Assembly (NCBI GenBank): GCA_963663385.2
Contig: CAXXXD010000003.1
Span: 1,568,001 to 1,632,000 of the forward strand
DNA from: Oceanispirochaeta sp.
GTDB taxonomy: Bacteria > Spirochaetota > Spirochaetia > DSM-2461
DNA: 64,000 bases
Reading direction: 5' to 3'
Under the pieces are notes generated by a model. The model had not been told where the DNA came from. It did no database searches and saw nothing but the letters and a program-made list of their open reading frames with translations. The position numbers and the translations under genes were made by a program. Shown here piece after piece: positions 10,487-19,800 of this stretch (position 1 is its first letter; each line of letters starts with the position of its first letter).

Positions 10487-10765
10487 CTACTTTTCAATCA
10501 ATGATGAAAAATCGCAAAGTACAAACCGTTCCCTTACGGGAGAGCTGATATTAACGATTTCCATGGATCGCCCGTTATCCAGACAGGACTTATTCAAACT
10601 GTACAGCAGCTGAAGCGCTGCAAAATCAATATCTGTGACTTCTGAGAAATCCAGTTGTATGTTGCTTTTTTCATCAACAGCCTTCAACAGATCAGTATGA
10701 AGAGATTCCACCTTTTGAATATTCAGATTCCCGTCAAGCTTTACTTTCTCTTTTTTCGGAGGCAT
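10487..10765 (-). CDS. STAS-domain protein
   Basis: LDGNLNI...LDFSEVTDIDFAALQLL pattern; lies between cheY and cheA. Confidence 0.85.
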   Translation of the reverse strand: MPPKKEKVKLDGNLNIQKVESLHTDLLKAVDEKSNIQLDFSEVTDIDFAALQLLYSLNKSCLDNGRSMEIVNISSPVRERFVLCDFSSLIEK

Positions 10766-10767
10766 AT

Positions 10768-11133
10768 CTACTCTCCAATGACTTTTTTAATAACAGCCAG
10801 AACTTTATCGCTGTCAAAGGGTTTAACGATCCAACCGGTTGCCCCCAGGGATTTCCCTTTTTCCATAATGGATTGTTGAGATTCCGTAGTAAGAACAAGG
10901 ATGGGCGTAAATTTATGGCGGTCTGTTTTTCTGAGCGCCTCAATCAGACCAAGCCCGTCAAGATTAGGCATATTAACATCGGTAATAACCAGATCTGCGT
11001 CTGTATTCACAAGGATATCAAGAGCTTCCTTTCCATCGGCCCCTTCAATAACATTGTATCCGCCTTCCTTAAGAAAAAACTTCAGGCTTTCTCTAACTGT
11101 GCGGGAATCATCCACTATCATTATTGTTTTCAT
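10768..11133 (-). CDS. cheY: Chemotaxis response regulator CheY
   Basis: IVDDS, ITDVNMP, LTTES, GATGWIVKPF; inside the che operon. Confidence 0.92.
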   Translation of the reverse strand: MKTIMIVDDSRTVRESLKFFLKEGGYNVIEGADGKEALDILVNTDADLVITDVNMPNLDGLGLIEALRKTDRHKFTPILVLTTESQQSIMEKGKSLGATGWIVKPFDSDKVLAVIKKVIGE

Positions 11134-11171
11134 TCGTTACTCCTGAAATATAGTTACTCTATTCTTTCTGT

Positions 11172-11657
11172 TTATTCAGCTATTTTTTCCTGCCCGGCTA
11201 CCATAGTAACCTCATTTACAGTCAGTACTTTATCAATATCCAGAACAATCAGAAACTCCTCATCCTTCCGGCCCATGCCCTTAATAAAGGCCGTATCTAT
11301 TTTTGTACCGATATAAGGGGTGGGTTCTATCTCTTCATCGTTCATTTCGATAACTTCTTTTACCGAATCCGTCAGCAGCCCCATGGTAACGGATTCATCA
11401 TCCAGCAGAACCTCTGTTACAATGATGCTGGTATCGATATCCTTAAGGGTTTCTCCCAGTCCGAATTTCAATTTAAGATCGATAACAGGAACGACGCTGC
11501 CCCGGAGATTGATAATCCCCCTCATAAAATCGGGCATCCTGGGAACTTTCGAAATAGTAGTGAATTCCTGAACCTCTTTTACATTAAGTACATTTAAAGC
11601 ATATGTTTCTTCATCAATTGTAAAAGTCAGGTACTGAGTTGTATTGCTGTCATCCAT
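11172..11657 (-). CDS. cheW: Chemotaxis coupling protein CheW
   Basis: QYLTF, GIINLRGSVVPVIDL, GLLTDSV. Confidence 0.95.
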   Translation of the reverse strand: MDDSNTTQYLTFTIDEETYALNVLNVKEVQEFTTISKVPRMPDFMRGIINLRGSVVPVIDLKLKFGLGETLKDIDTSIIVTEVLLDDESVTMGLLTDSVKEVIEMNDEEIEPTPYIGTKIDTAFIKGMGRKDEEFLIVLDIDKVLTVNEVTMVAGQEKIAE

Positions 11658-11724
11658 GAAGTTCTCCTCAAATATTCCAATTTATAAATAATTCTAGACT
11701 CAATTCAATAGCAATTCCAATAAA

Positions 11725-12318
11725 TTAAAACAATACAATATCATTACTGTCTTTTTTAATGATAAATGAATCTTCGTATTTTTTCTCATCCTTGGCAATA
11801 TGGCGGATATTCCTTGCAGATTTCAGCTTCTTTACCAGAACCCGGCCCTCTTTCGGGAAAAAAAGAATTTTCCTCCCCAAGGAACCTCCTGTATCGGATG
11901 AGAGTACCGGGATTTCTTCATTTTCAAGGAATTTCAAGGCGAAAAGGATATTCATTTGACCAATGCCTTTCCCATCCTCTTTCATTTCAAACATATCGCT
12001 TCCGCCGAATACCTTGGCTTTCAGATTAATCTTCCGGGACCCCATTTTTAACAGACTGTTTATCAGGATTTCCATGGCGTAAACACCATAACGGGTCTCG
12101 TCTTTAAGGAGCAACTGAGTATCCCTAAGGGATACATCCGTTTCCGGCAGGAGAAAATGATTCATCCCGCCCCAGTGATTCATCGTGTCAAAAAGTGTTA
12201 CTGAAACACAGGATCCTAATACTGTAGAGATAATTACATCTTCCTGACTGGCCATATATTCACCTGGATGAAGGGTGACATTCTTCAGGTTGAATCTATG
12301 ATAAAAACTATGGTACAT
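11725..12318 (-). CDS. cheD: Chemoreceptor glutamine deamidase CheD
   Basis: TVLGSCVSV, GGMNHFLLP, AKVFGG, DTGG..GRKI. Confidence 0.93.
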   Translation of the reverse strand: MYHSFYHRFNLKNVTLHPGEYMASQEDVIISTVLGSCVSVTLFDTMNHWGGMNHFLLPETDVSLRDTQLLLKDETRYGVYAMEILINSLLKMGSRKINLKAKVFGGSDMFEMKEDGKGIGQMNILFALKFLENEEIPVLSSDTGGSLGRKILFFPKEGRVLVKKLKSARNIRHIAKDEKKYEDSFIIKKDSNDIVLF

Positions 12319-12322
12319 CGAA

Positions 12323-12664
12323 TTAACCGGAATACTTCATAACAGCGGGGTCTTTAAAGAATTCCCTTACACTCTCCTGCAGTTCAGGGATATGTTCATC
12401 AAAGTAATAACCGTTTCCGCTCTGCTTCATTTCCAGCTCCATTTCAGCAGCAATGCGATGTATGGAAACAGCCCCTATACAACCGGCGATTCCTTTGATT
12501 TTATGGAGGAATTCAGCGCTTGCCTGAATTTGTTCGTTACTCCTTTCCTCCCGGGTTTTTTTCAGAAACTCCGGGATATCCTGAATAGCCATTTGAAGCA
12601 GTTCAGTAGAAAGGGAAACATCGTTTTCCGTGTATTTCAGAAGATCATTTTCGTTAAATATCAT
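12323..12664 (-). CDS. Stand-alone Hpt-domain protein
   Basis: FLHKIKGIAGCIGA matches the Hpt H-x-x-K-G motif; all-helical, 113 aa. Confidence 0.8.
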   Translation of the reverse strand: MIFNENDLLKYTENDVSLSTELLQMAIQDIPEFLKKTREERSNEQIQASAEFLHKIKGIAGCIGAVSIHRIAAEMELEMKQSGNGYYFDEHIPELQESVREFFKDPAVMKYSG

Positions 12665-12727
12665 TATTCTATCCGGATAAAAACTGGGATTATATTAGAA
12701 TTGTACTCCTTTTTAATAGGGGTGCAA

Positions 12728-14521
12728 CTATTTTTTCTTATTGAAAGCATCCTGGAACTCTTCCCAGGCCTTATTTCTTTGTTTTAAATTGTACATATGG
12801 GAGCGATCCACATTCTGTTTCCTGCGGTAGGGTTTAGTGGAAGGAACATCATACTTCCTGCGGTAGGGAGGATTCTCTTTCGTTTTTGTACCTGCTGCAC
12901 CATAGAGAGCTTCCTGCCGACTCTTACGCAATTCGACAACCTTTTCACTTAATTGTTCATTCTCATCGGCAATTCCGGTATACTGGCTGACAAAGCTCTC
13001 GTATTTTCCGGATATTCTAAGCATAAACCGTTTCCACCAGGAGAGATAGCTGTAGGATTCGTTAAAAATATCGAGAAGATAGAGATTCAGAAGATAATCG
13101 GCATCTTTAAACCGGATCATACCGTCATCAAAAAAATTATTCATAAAATCTTTTATTTTATTTACATCTCTCACTTTTTTGAGGTCTTTAAAATAGTGAA
13201 CGATACCTTCAGAAACAATTTTCGGCTTATTAAGAAATTCAAAGAGAATGGGAGAGTTCTTACTTATCTGTTCCATCACATCATCCTTGAAGCTGTCCCT
13301 TGTGTAAAAAACCGTAATTTTATCCTTATTCTTTGTACGGAGCATTCGCTCCATCAGTTCCACATAGTAGAATTTCAGATCCTTGGACTGTATGGACAGC
13401 TCAGCTCTGAAGTAGGGATAAACATGGTCCCGATGGAGATATTTATCAGCAATATATAAAATTACGGGAAGGCCAATTTTCTGGTGAACCTTTACAACCG
13501 TTTCGTAAAAAAGGTCTTTGAAGCCGGACCATTTCTTTTCATAGGGTGTCAATAAGTCCAGTAGTTCCTCGGGAGTGGTAAGAAAATTCTCCTTTTTCAG
13601 GATCTCCAGGCAGATCTCTTCAATAACTAACTGTTTTTCCTTGCTTTCCTCCCTTTCTTTCTCCTCCTCTGTTTCCGCATTAACCAGGTAGAACTGAAGG
13701 ATCTCGGAAGACTGCATAACCGATGGACTTATATGCTTGATCCGCAAAAGGATATCATCTTTATTCCTGATTATCTCCGCAGACATTTTTTTCCAGAAAC
13801 CCTGATCCCTGGAAAACTGTTTTTTCTGGATATCACTGATTTTCAGATCCATATAACGGGAAACCGTGGACAGGAAAGTAGGGTTTTTCAGAGCATTTTT
13901 AATTCGGTTATAACAGATTTCAACTATGTACTCCATCGAATGGGAGGTAAAAAGCATAGTCCCGCCGGATTTAAGGGGCATTGTAAAAATTTTATCGTTT
14001 TCTTTCAGTTTCTGCACATATTGTGGACTGAGCACATCGGGATACTGGGTTTCCACCAGATCAAAGGGGATGCGGAAATTCATTTTTTCCATCTCTTCAA
14101 GGGAAATAAATCCTCTGCTGTCATCCAGCATCAGCCTCTGAATTTCATCTTCTATCAGATGCTTATAGAAATCCCTGGAATCCCTGTTGGTTATAATAAT
14201 CCTGTCAGGCTTCAACTCACCCTGATCATTCCTGAATTTTAAAAGGCCATAATGGGCGTTACGGATTTTCTTCATCAGGACTTCAATCTGATTGTTGGCA
14301 AACAGAATATCCTTTCCTGCATGAAGAACAAACCTGTTGTAATCCAGCATAGTATCGTAGAAATCACAGATTCGATGAAAGATCCGCCGCTGTTCCTGAG
14401 TAAAGCTCCCCACCTGGGAAAGAAACTCTTCTCTCTGGGACAGATCCATCTGAAAAACCGTTGGCAGATTGGATGCCCCCTCGTCCTTCTGTTCCTCTAC
14501 TGCATTTTCCTCTTCGTTCAT
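12728..14521 (-). CDS. Hypothetical protein (597 aa, helical)
   Basis: Long ORF; no motif recognised. Confidence 0.8.
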   Translation of the reverse strand: MNEEENAVEEQKDEGASNLPTVFQMDLSQREEFLSQVGSFTQEQRRIFHRICDFYDTMLDYNRFVLHAGKDILFANNQIEVLMKKIRNAHYGLLKFRNDQGELKPDRIIITNRDSRDFYKHLIEDEIQRLMLDDSRGFISLEEMEKMNFRIPFDLVETQYPDVLSPQYVQKLKENDKIFTMPLKSGGTMLFTSHSMEYIVEICYNRIKNALKNPTFLSTVSRYMDLKISDIQKKQFSRDQGFWKKMSAEIIRNKDDILLRIKHISPSVMQSSEILQFYLVNAETEEEKEREESKEKQLVIEEICLEILKKENFLTTPEELLDLLTPYEKKWSGFKDLFYETVVKVHQKIGLPVILYIADKYLHRDHVYPYFRAELSIQSKDLKFYYVELMERMLRTKNKDKITVFYTRDSFKDDVMEQISKNSPILFEFLNKPKIVSEGIVHYFKDLKKVRDVNKIKDFMNNFFDDGMIRFKDADYLLNLYLLDIFNESYSYLSWWKRFMLRISGKYESFVSQYTGIADENEQLSEKVVELRKSRQEALYGAAGTKTKENPPYRRKYDVPSTKPYRRKQNVDRSHMYNLKQRNKAWEEFQDAFNKKK

Positions 14522-14655
14522 TTCTGCTTTGTGTCCTGTCTTTCATCCTCAAATTTCTTTAATCTCCTGTTGGAGACCATTCTCATCAGGCTTCTCAGGA
14601 TAACGGAGACACCCACAATAAATAGAAGGGATGAAAGGATTCGTCTAAGTACCAT
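14518..14655 (-). CDS. Small single-TM protein (45 aa), probably leaderless
   Basis: MVLRRILSSLLFIVGVSVILRSLMRMVSNRRLKKFEDERQDTKQK; ATGA overlap with the next gene; promoter 5 nt upstream. Confidence 0.6.
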   Translation of the reverse strand: MVLRRILSSLLFIVGVSVILRSLMRMVSNRRLKKFEDERQDTKQK

Positions 14656-14660
14656 AATTT

Positions 14661-14689
14661 ATTTTACACACAGTTTTTTTTTATTTCAA
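14661..14689 (-). promoter_or_regulatory. Sigma70-type promoter
   Basis: TTGAAA - 17 nt - TAAAAT, then 5 nt to the ATG at 14655. Confidence 0.6.
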
Positions 14690-14699
14690 ACAAAAGAAT

Positions 14700-16886
14700 T
14701 TATCCCTTTTCCTTATGGGAGATAAACCAGCAACGGTGAGAGGCCCCCTTTCTGGCAAAATCAGGAGATCCCGTCCAGGAGGATTCCTCTGAGATAGAAT
14801 ACTCTTTCTCCAGCGCAGGATCCATTTCAAATCGTCTGTAATTGTTGGAGAATATCAGGACCCCCTCTTTATTCAGGCAGTTCATAGCTTTGTGAATCAT
14901 ATCCGTATGATCTTCCTGCACCTGCATGACATTCTGCCGGGATTTTGAGTTGGAAAAAGTAGGGGGATCCATAAAAATCATATCAAAAGTATCTTTGCAT
15001 CCGCCCAGCCATTGCTGTACATCCTCCCTGATAAACCTGTGGTCATCCGGATTGAACTTGTTTAAAAGAAAGTTGTCCCGGGCCCATGTCAGATAGGTGG
15101 CTGAGGTATCCACCGATGAAACACGGGAGGCACCTCCGGCGGCAGCCATTACGCTGGCGGTTCCGGTATAGCAATACAAGTTCAGAAAAGTCTTTCCTTC
15201 CGAATGATCATGGATATATTTTCTCACATTCCTGTGATCCAGAAAAATTCCGGTATCGAGATAGTCTGAAAAATTCACCCAGAAACGGCAGTCTCCTTCA
15301 TTAATCAGATAACGGTCCCCCGCTCTTTCTGAGGATCCGTACTGGCTTTTCCCTCTCTGCCGTTTTCTCCGTTTGATGTATACCGCATTCTCCGGCAGAT
15401 TCAGCAGTGAGGAAAGGATGGCGACAGCCTGGTGAAGCCGCTTCCGGGCCCTGTTCTCATCAATGCCGGAGGGAGCGGCGTATTCCTGCACATGGATCCA
15501 TTTATCTTCATAGAAATCCACTGCAAAATTAAAATTGGGGAGGTCTGCATCATACAGCCTGTAACAGCTGATTCCCTCTCTCTTCTTCCATTTTCTGAAC
15601 TGCTTCAGATTCTTTTTCAGGCGATTCTGAAACTGCTCTGCTTCAGGTGTAAGCTGATCGGCCTCAAGGGATACCGGAACCGGTACGACAGGTGCTCCTT
15701 CTTCCCTGCTGCGGGATGAACTCCCGAAAAGGGTATAGTGGTAAAGGCTGCATTTAATCGGACCATTCATAATCCTGTTCTTCCGGTCTGCCTTCAGGCC
15801 GATGGAACGCAGGAGGCTCTCATCATCAGAAATAACTGACATATGCCAATCCTTCAAATCGGGATCCCTTGCAATATCCCCCAGGTTTCTGTAAAGAGAG
15901 TGAAGCATTCCCTTCTCGCCGATACGCTGACCGTAGGGGGGATTTGTAACCAGAAGACCGGGGGCAGATTTCATTTTTTCAGTCAGTCTGAAATCTTTCA
16001 AATCTTTTTTTTCAAGGTGTATAAGACCTTCCAGACCGGCTCGTTTGATATTCTGGAGGGCTGCGGCAATGGCGGTTTTATCATTATCGTATCCCACTAT
16101 TTGAGGAAGAGAGGAAATCCCCTCCTTCCACTTCTCCTCAGCTTTATCAAAAACAGTTTCCCAGAGGTCAGGATCGTGAGACAGCCAGTGAAAAAAACCG
16201 TAATCGGAACGGTGCATTCTGGGTGCTATGCCCACGGCCATAAAAGCCGCTTCAATAAGGAGGGTTCCGCTTCCGCACATGGGATCGATAAGGGTGCCCC
16301 CCTCTCCGGCAATCCGGGGCCATCCGGCCCGTGACAGAATGGCGGCAGCCGTATTCTCTCTCAATGCCGCTTTGGCAGCATCCAGTCTGTAACCGCGTTT
16401 ATGCAGCCCCTCTCCTGCCAGATCAAGGTAGAGAGTCCCTTCTTCGTTATGGATATGAACATGAACCGCAATATCGGGGTTATCCCGCTGTACATTGGGC
16501 CGGTCTCCGGTTTTATCACGCCAATAATCCACAAGACCGTCTTTACTCTTTAAAGAAGCCGACTTGGGTGGAATTTTCGATTTCCCGCTAACCGTACAGG
16601 AACAGGCAACCGTATTGCTGCAAAGCATAACAGTATCCCATTCAATTCCCCTTGCTGCGGTATAAACATCTTCCTGACTGTTGCATTCGAAATCCTGCAG
16701 ATGCAGGAGTATCCGGCTGGCCGAACGGCTCCAGAGAAGAAGAGTGTACAACTCCTCCAGAGTACATTCTGCCATATGCCCTCCGGGGCTTCTTTTCAGA
16801 ATCGATCCACCGGCCTGGAGGATTTCCTCTTCCAGGAGGTCCTCCAGATAGACAGGGCAGGTCGCAAATATTTTAAATTTCATCAT
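14700..16886 (-). CDS. rlmKL: Bifunctional 23S rRNA methyltransferase RlmKL
   Basis: THUMP region, LHKRGYR, DPMCGSGT, TNPPYG; second MTase domain YRLYDAD, DTGIFLDHR, DPPTFSNSK. Confidence 0.93.
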   Translation of the reverse strand: MMKFKIFATCPVYLEDLLEEEILQAGGSILKRSPGGHMAECTLEELYTLLLWSRSASRILLHLQDFECNSQEDVYTAARGIEWDTVMLCSNTVACSCTVSGKSKIPPKSASLKSKDGLVDYWRDKTGDRPNVQRDNPDIAVHVHIHNEEGTLYLDLAGEGLHKRGYRLDAAKAALRENTAAAILSRAGWPRIAGEGGTLIDPMCGSGTLLIEAAFMAVGIAPRMHRSDYGFFHWLSHDPDLWETVFDKAEEKWKEGISSLPQIVGYDNDKTAIAAALQNIKRAGLEGLIHLEKKDLKDFRLTEKMKSAPGLLVTNPPYGQRIGEKGMLHSLYRNLGDIARDPDLKDWHMSVISDDESLLRSIGLKADRKNRIMNGPIKCSLYHYTLFGSSSRSREEGAPVVPVPVSLEADQLTPEAEQFQNRLKKNLKQFRKWKKREGISCYRLYDADLPNFNFAVDFYEDKWIHVQEYAAPSGIDENRARKRLHQAVAILSSLLNLPENAVYIKRRKRQRGKSQYGSSERAGDRYLINEGDCRFWVNFSDYLDTGIFLDHRNVRKYIHDHSEGKTFLNLYCYTGTASVMAAAGGASRVSSVDTSATYLTWARDNFLLNKFNPDDHRFIREDVQQWLGGCKDTFDMIFMDPPTFSNSKSRQNVMQVQEDHTDMIHKAMNCLNKEGVLIFSNNYRRFEMDPALEKEYSISEESSWTGSPDFARKGASHRCWFISHKEKG

Positions 16887-19800
16887 TTAATCAGAATAAA
16901 CTCCACTCTACGATTTTTCCACCGGTTTTCAAGATCGCTGTGAGGAACAATCGGGATTGTACCGCCCCGGCCGATTACATCCATACGGGAATCCTGTATG
17001 CCAAGTTCACTCAGGGCGTTTCGAACCGAAGCGGCCCTGTTCAGTGAAAGGGGCTGCAGTTCGTCCTTCTCCTCTTTGGCAGCTCTTGCCGGGTTGTCAT
17101 AATACTCACTTACAGCATGTCCTTCAACAACAATTTTATAGCTTCCGTATTTCCTGAGTACCTCAGCCAGCCTGTTTAGAACATCCCTGTTTTTTGCTCC
17201 CTGCTCACCGCTTGTCACCAGTGTAGCCTTATAAGGTTCAAATGTGATATTGGAGATCATGACCTTCAGGTTTTCCCCGTCCCGTATGACAAGGATATCC
17301 ACAGGAATATCTCCCCGGCTTATAGTGGAATGCCCCAGAAGATCGGTAACCTGAAGTTCGTAGGGATAGTCCTCGGCAGACTGTACCAGTTCCCCCTGAC
17401 GGGAACGACCGTCCCATATGATCCTTTCGGAGGGACGCCCTTTTCCGCCAAAAGAGATAAACTCATTTCCTTTGGGATCACGGATCACCATCTCCCAATC
17501 TCTTATTGGAGAAATATCCTTAACGGCAATAGCTATTTTAAGTTCGTCAGCCACATTGTCATCATCGGGAGAAAAGGGTCTGGGAGAAAGGTTTACTTGT
17601 ACCTGAGGGGCAGAATTATCCACAGCGAATTCACGGCTTTCGGCCACGGGACGGTTTCCCTTGGCGTAAACGACTTCCAGAGATCCGCGGCACACCCCTT
17701 CTGTCAGGGTTCCCGCATTATTGCGGCCGTCCCAGCTCAGAGTGGATGGTACGGAACCCTCTCCTCTGATACTTTTCACACTGCTGCCGGATTCATCAAG
17801 GATATTCAGAACCCATCGGTCAATGCCGACCGGATTGGTTACATGAGCCGTGAAAACCTGCTCGGGCAGTTCCTCCGAAACCGGAGAGAAAATGGTATTT
17901 TTTGCTGTCAGATAAACAGGAGTGGGTTTGGTATCCACTTCTATACCACGGATTTCCACCCTGCTGGTATTGCCTGCTGAGTCTGTAGAACTGACACTGT
18001 AGTTGTAGATCCCGTCGGGTGCCATATTCCCGTTCTCATCCGTACCGTCCCAGTCCAGGCTCTCAAGGTTCTCTTTCCAGAACCAGCTTCTGACTGTCTG
18101 ACCGGTTGAATCCTTAAGCTCAGCCTCAAATCCCTGTTCCGTACTGGAAACCTGGGAAATCCGGATTATATCCTTATTGCCGTCTCCGTCGGGAGAGAAA
18201 AGGGTTGTACTGGCACTGCTGCTTATGCGGGGTGCCTCCGTATCTTTCAGGAATTCCGTGGAACGGGCCCTGGGTTTGTTCCCCTTGGCATAAACAGCCC
18301 GGATTTCGGCTATATACAATCCATCCGCCGCAGCCGCACCTTCGTTATTTTTACCATTCCATACATATTCAGAAGATGGGGCCCCGGTTCCTGTCCAGGT
18401 TTTAACGGGCGAAGCATCTCCTGATTCATCAGCAGAGAGAACCGATAAGGTCCAGTCCGTAATGTTTTCCGGGTCATCAATAACAGTGTACAGAGTCAGA
18501 CTATCTTTAACACCATTGCTGTCAGGAGAGAAAGCTCCTTCGCTGACTGAGATCTGAACAGACATTTCCCTGGTATCCAGCTGTATACGGTGGGGGCTGG
18601 AAACACCGCGGTTTCCCGCTTTGTCCATTGCTTCAAGAACCATATAATAGGAACCGTCTGGTATGGGTTTACCCTGGTTATCACTGCCGTTCCATACAAC
18701 TCTGGGATCAGCTTTTCCTCTCCAGAAAAAGGATTTGACCGTTTCATTATTTTCATTGCGGATAAAACCTTCCCAGTAATCCTCTTCTGTTGTATTCAGA
18801 TCGAGGGTCAGAGAGTACTGCCCTTCCTCTTCATTCAGTGTCAGGATGCTGTTTCCGCTTATATTTCCCCTGGGAGCTGTTGTATCCACGTTGAACCAGG
18901 GAGAAAGGGCTTCCGGTTTGTAACCGTTCTGATAGCGGACCGTCAGATACCCCTGATACTTACCTTCTTTCAGATACCCGCCGGCCTTGTCTTCACCGGT
19001 ATAGGGAATCGTTTCGGGGACTTCCAGAACGCCTTCCTGCCGGCTGTTATAGCTCCAGGCGGTATTGCCGCGGGCATCCAGAACCCGCAATTCCCACTCC
19101 ATAATACCGGCTGTTACGGGGATTCCCGCTCCAAAACGGATGGAATCTATTCCTTCCGTATTCCCCGGAGAAAGGTAGGAGTTGTCTATTGTCAGGTTAA
19201 CAGGGGGTTTTTCCGTATTAATCAGGATATCAACCAGAGACTCTTCCACGGTATTTCCTGCAGGGTCCGTGGAGTTGATTATATAGCTGTAAACACCATC
19301 GGGGACAATGGTTCCGGCATCATCTTTCCCATCCCACTCAAAAGAAGCGGGGGAACCGTTTTCCCAATGAAAAGTTCTGACAGGAGCGCCGGACAGATCC
19401 CGGATCTCACCTTCCCACAGATTTTCCGATGAACCTTCCTGCTGTATAGTCAGAACATCCTTGCTGCCGTCGCCATCGGGAGAGAATATAAGGTCAATCC
19501 CCTCCTGTTTTGCCAGAGTTATGGCAGGCTGAACCGTATCGATTTCAAAATGGTTGGATCCTGTTTCCGAAACATTGTCGTTATCATCCCAGAATTGCAG
19601 ATTGTAGGTATATTTTCCATCGGGAGCCTTCTCTCCCGAATCCATGACACCGTCCCAGCGGAACGATTCAGGAAGGGTCGTCCCCTTCTTCTCGGAAAAC
19701 ATGCGGTCAAAAATGTTTTTGAAGGACTCATTTTCAGGCCGTTCATCCTTGTTCCGGAATTCCTTGACTATATCACCGTCCTCATTCCGGACTGCCATAT

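Noticed and set aside
10487..10765. STAS protein as substrate of the PP2C pair
   Set aside because: The phospho-acceptor motif DS(S/A)G is DFAA here, so there is no Ser; it is also 12 kb away inside the che operon
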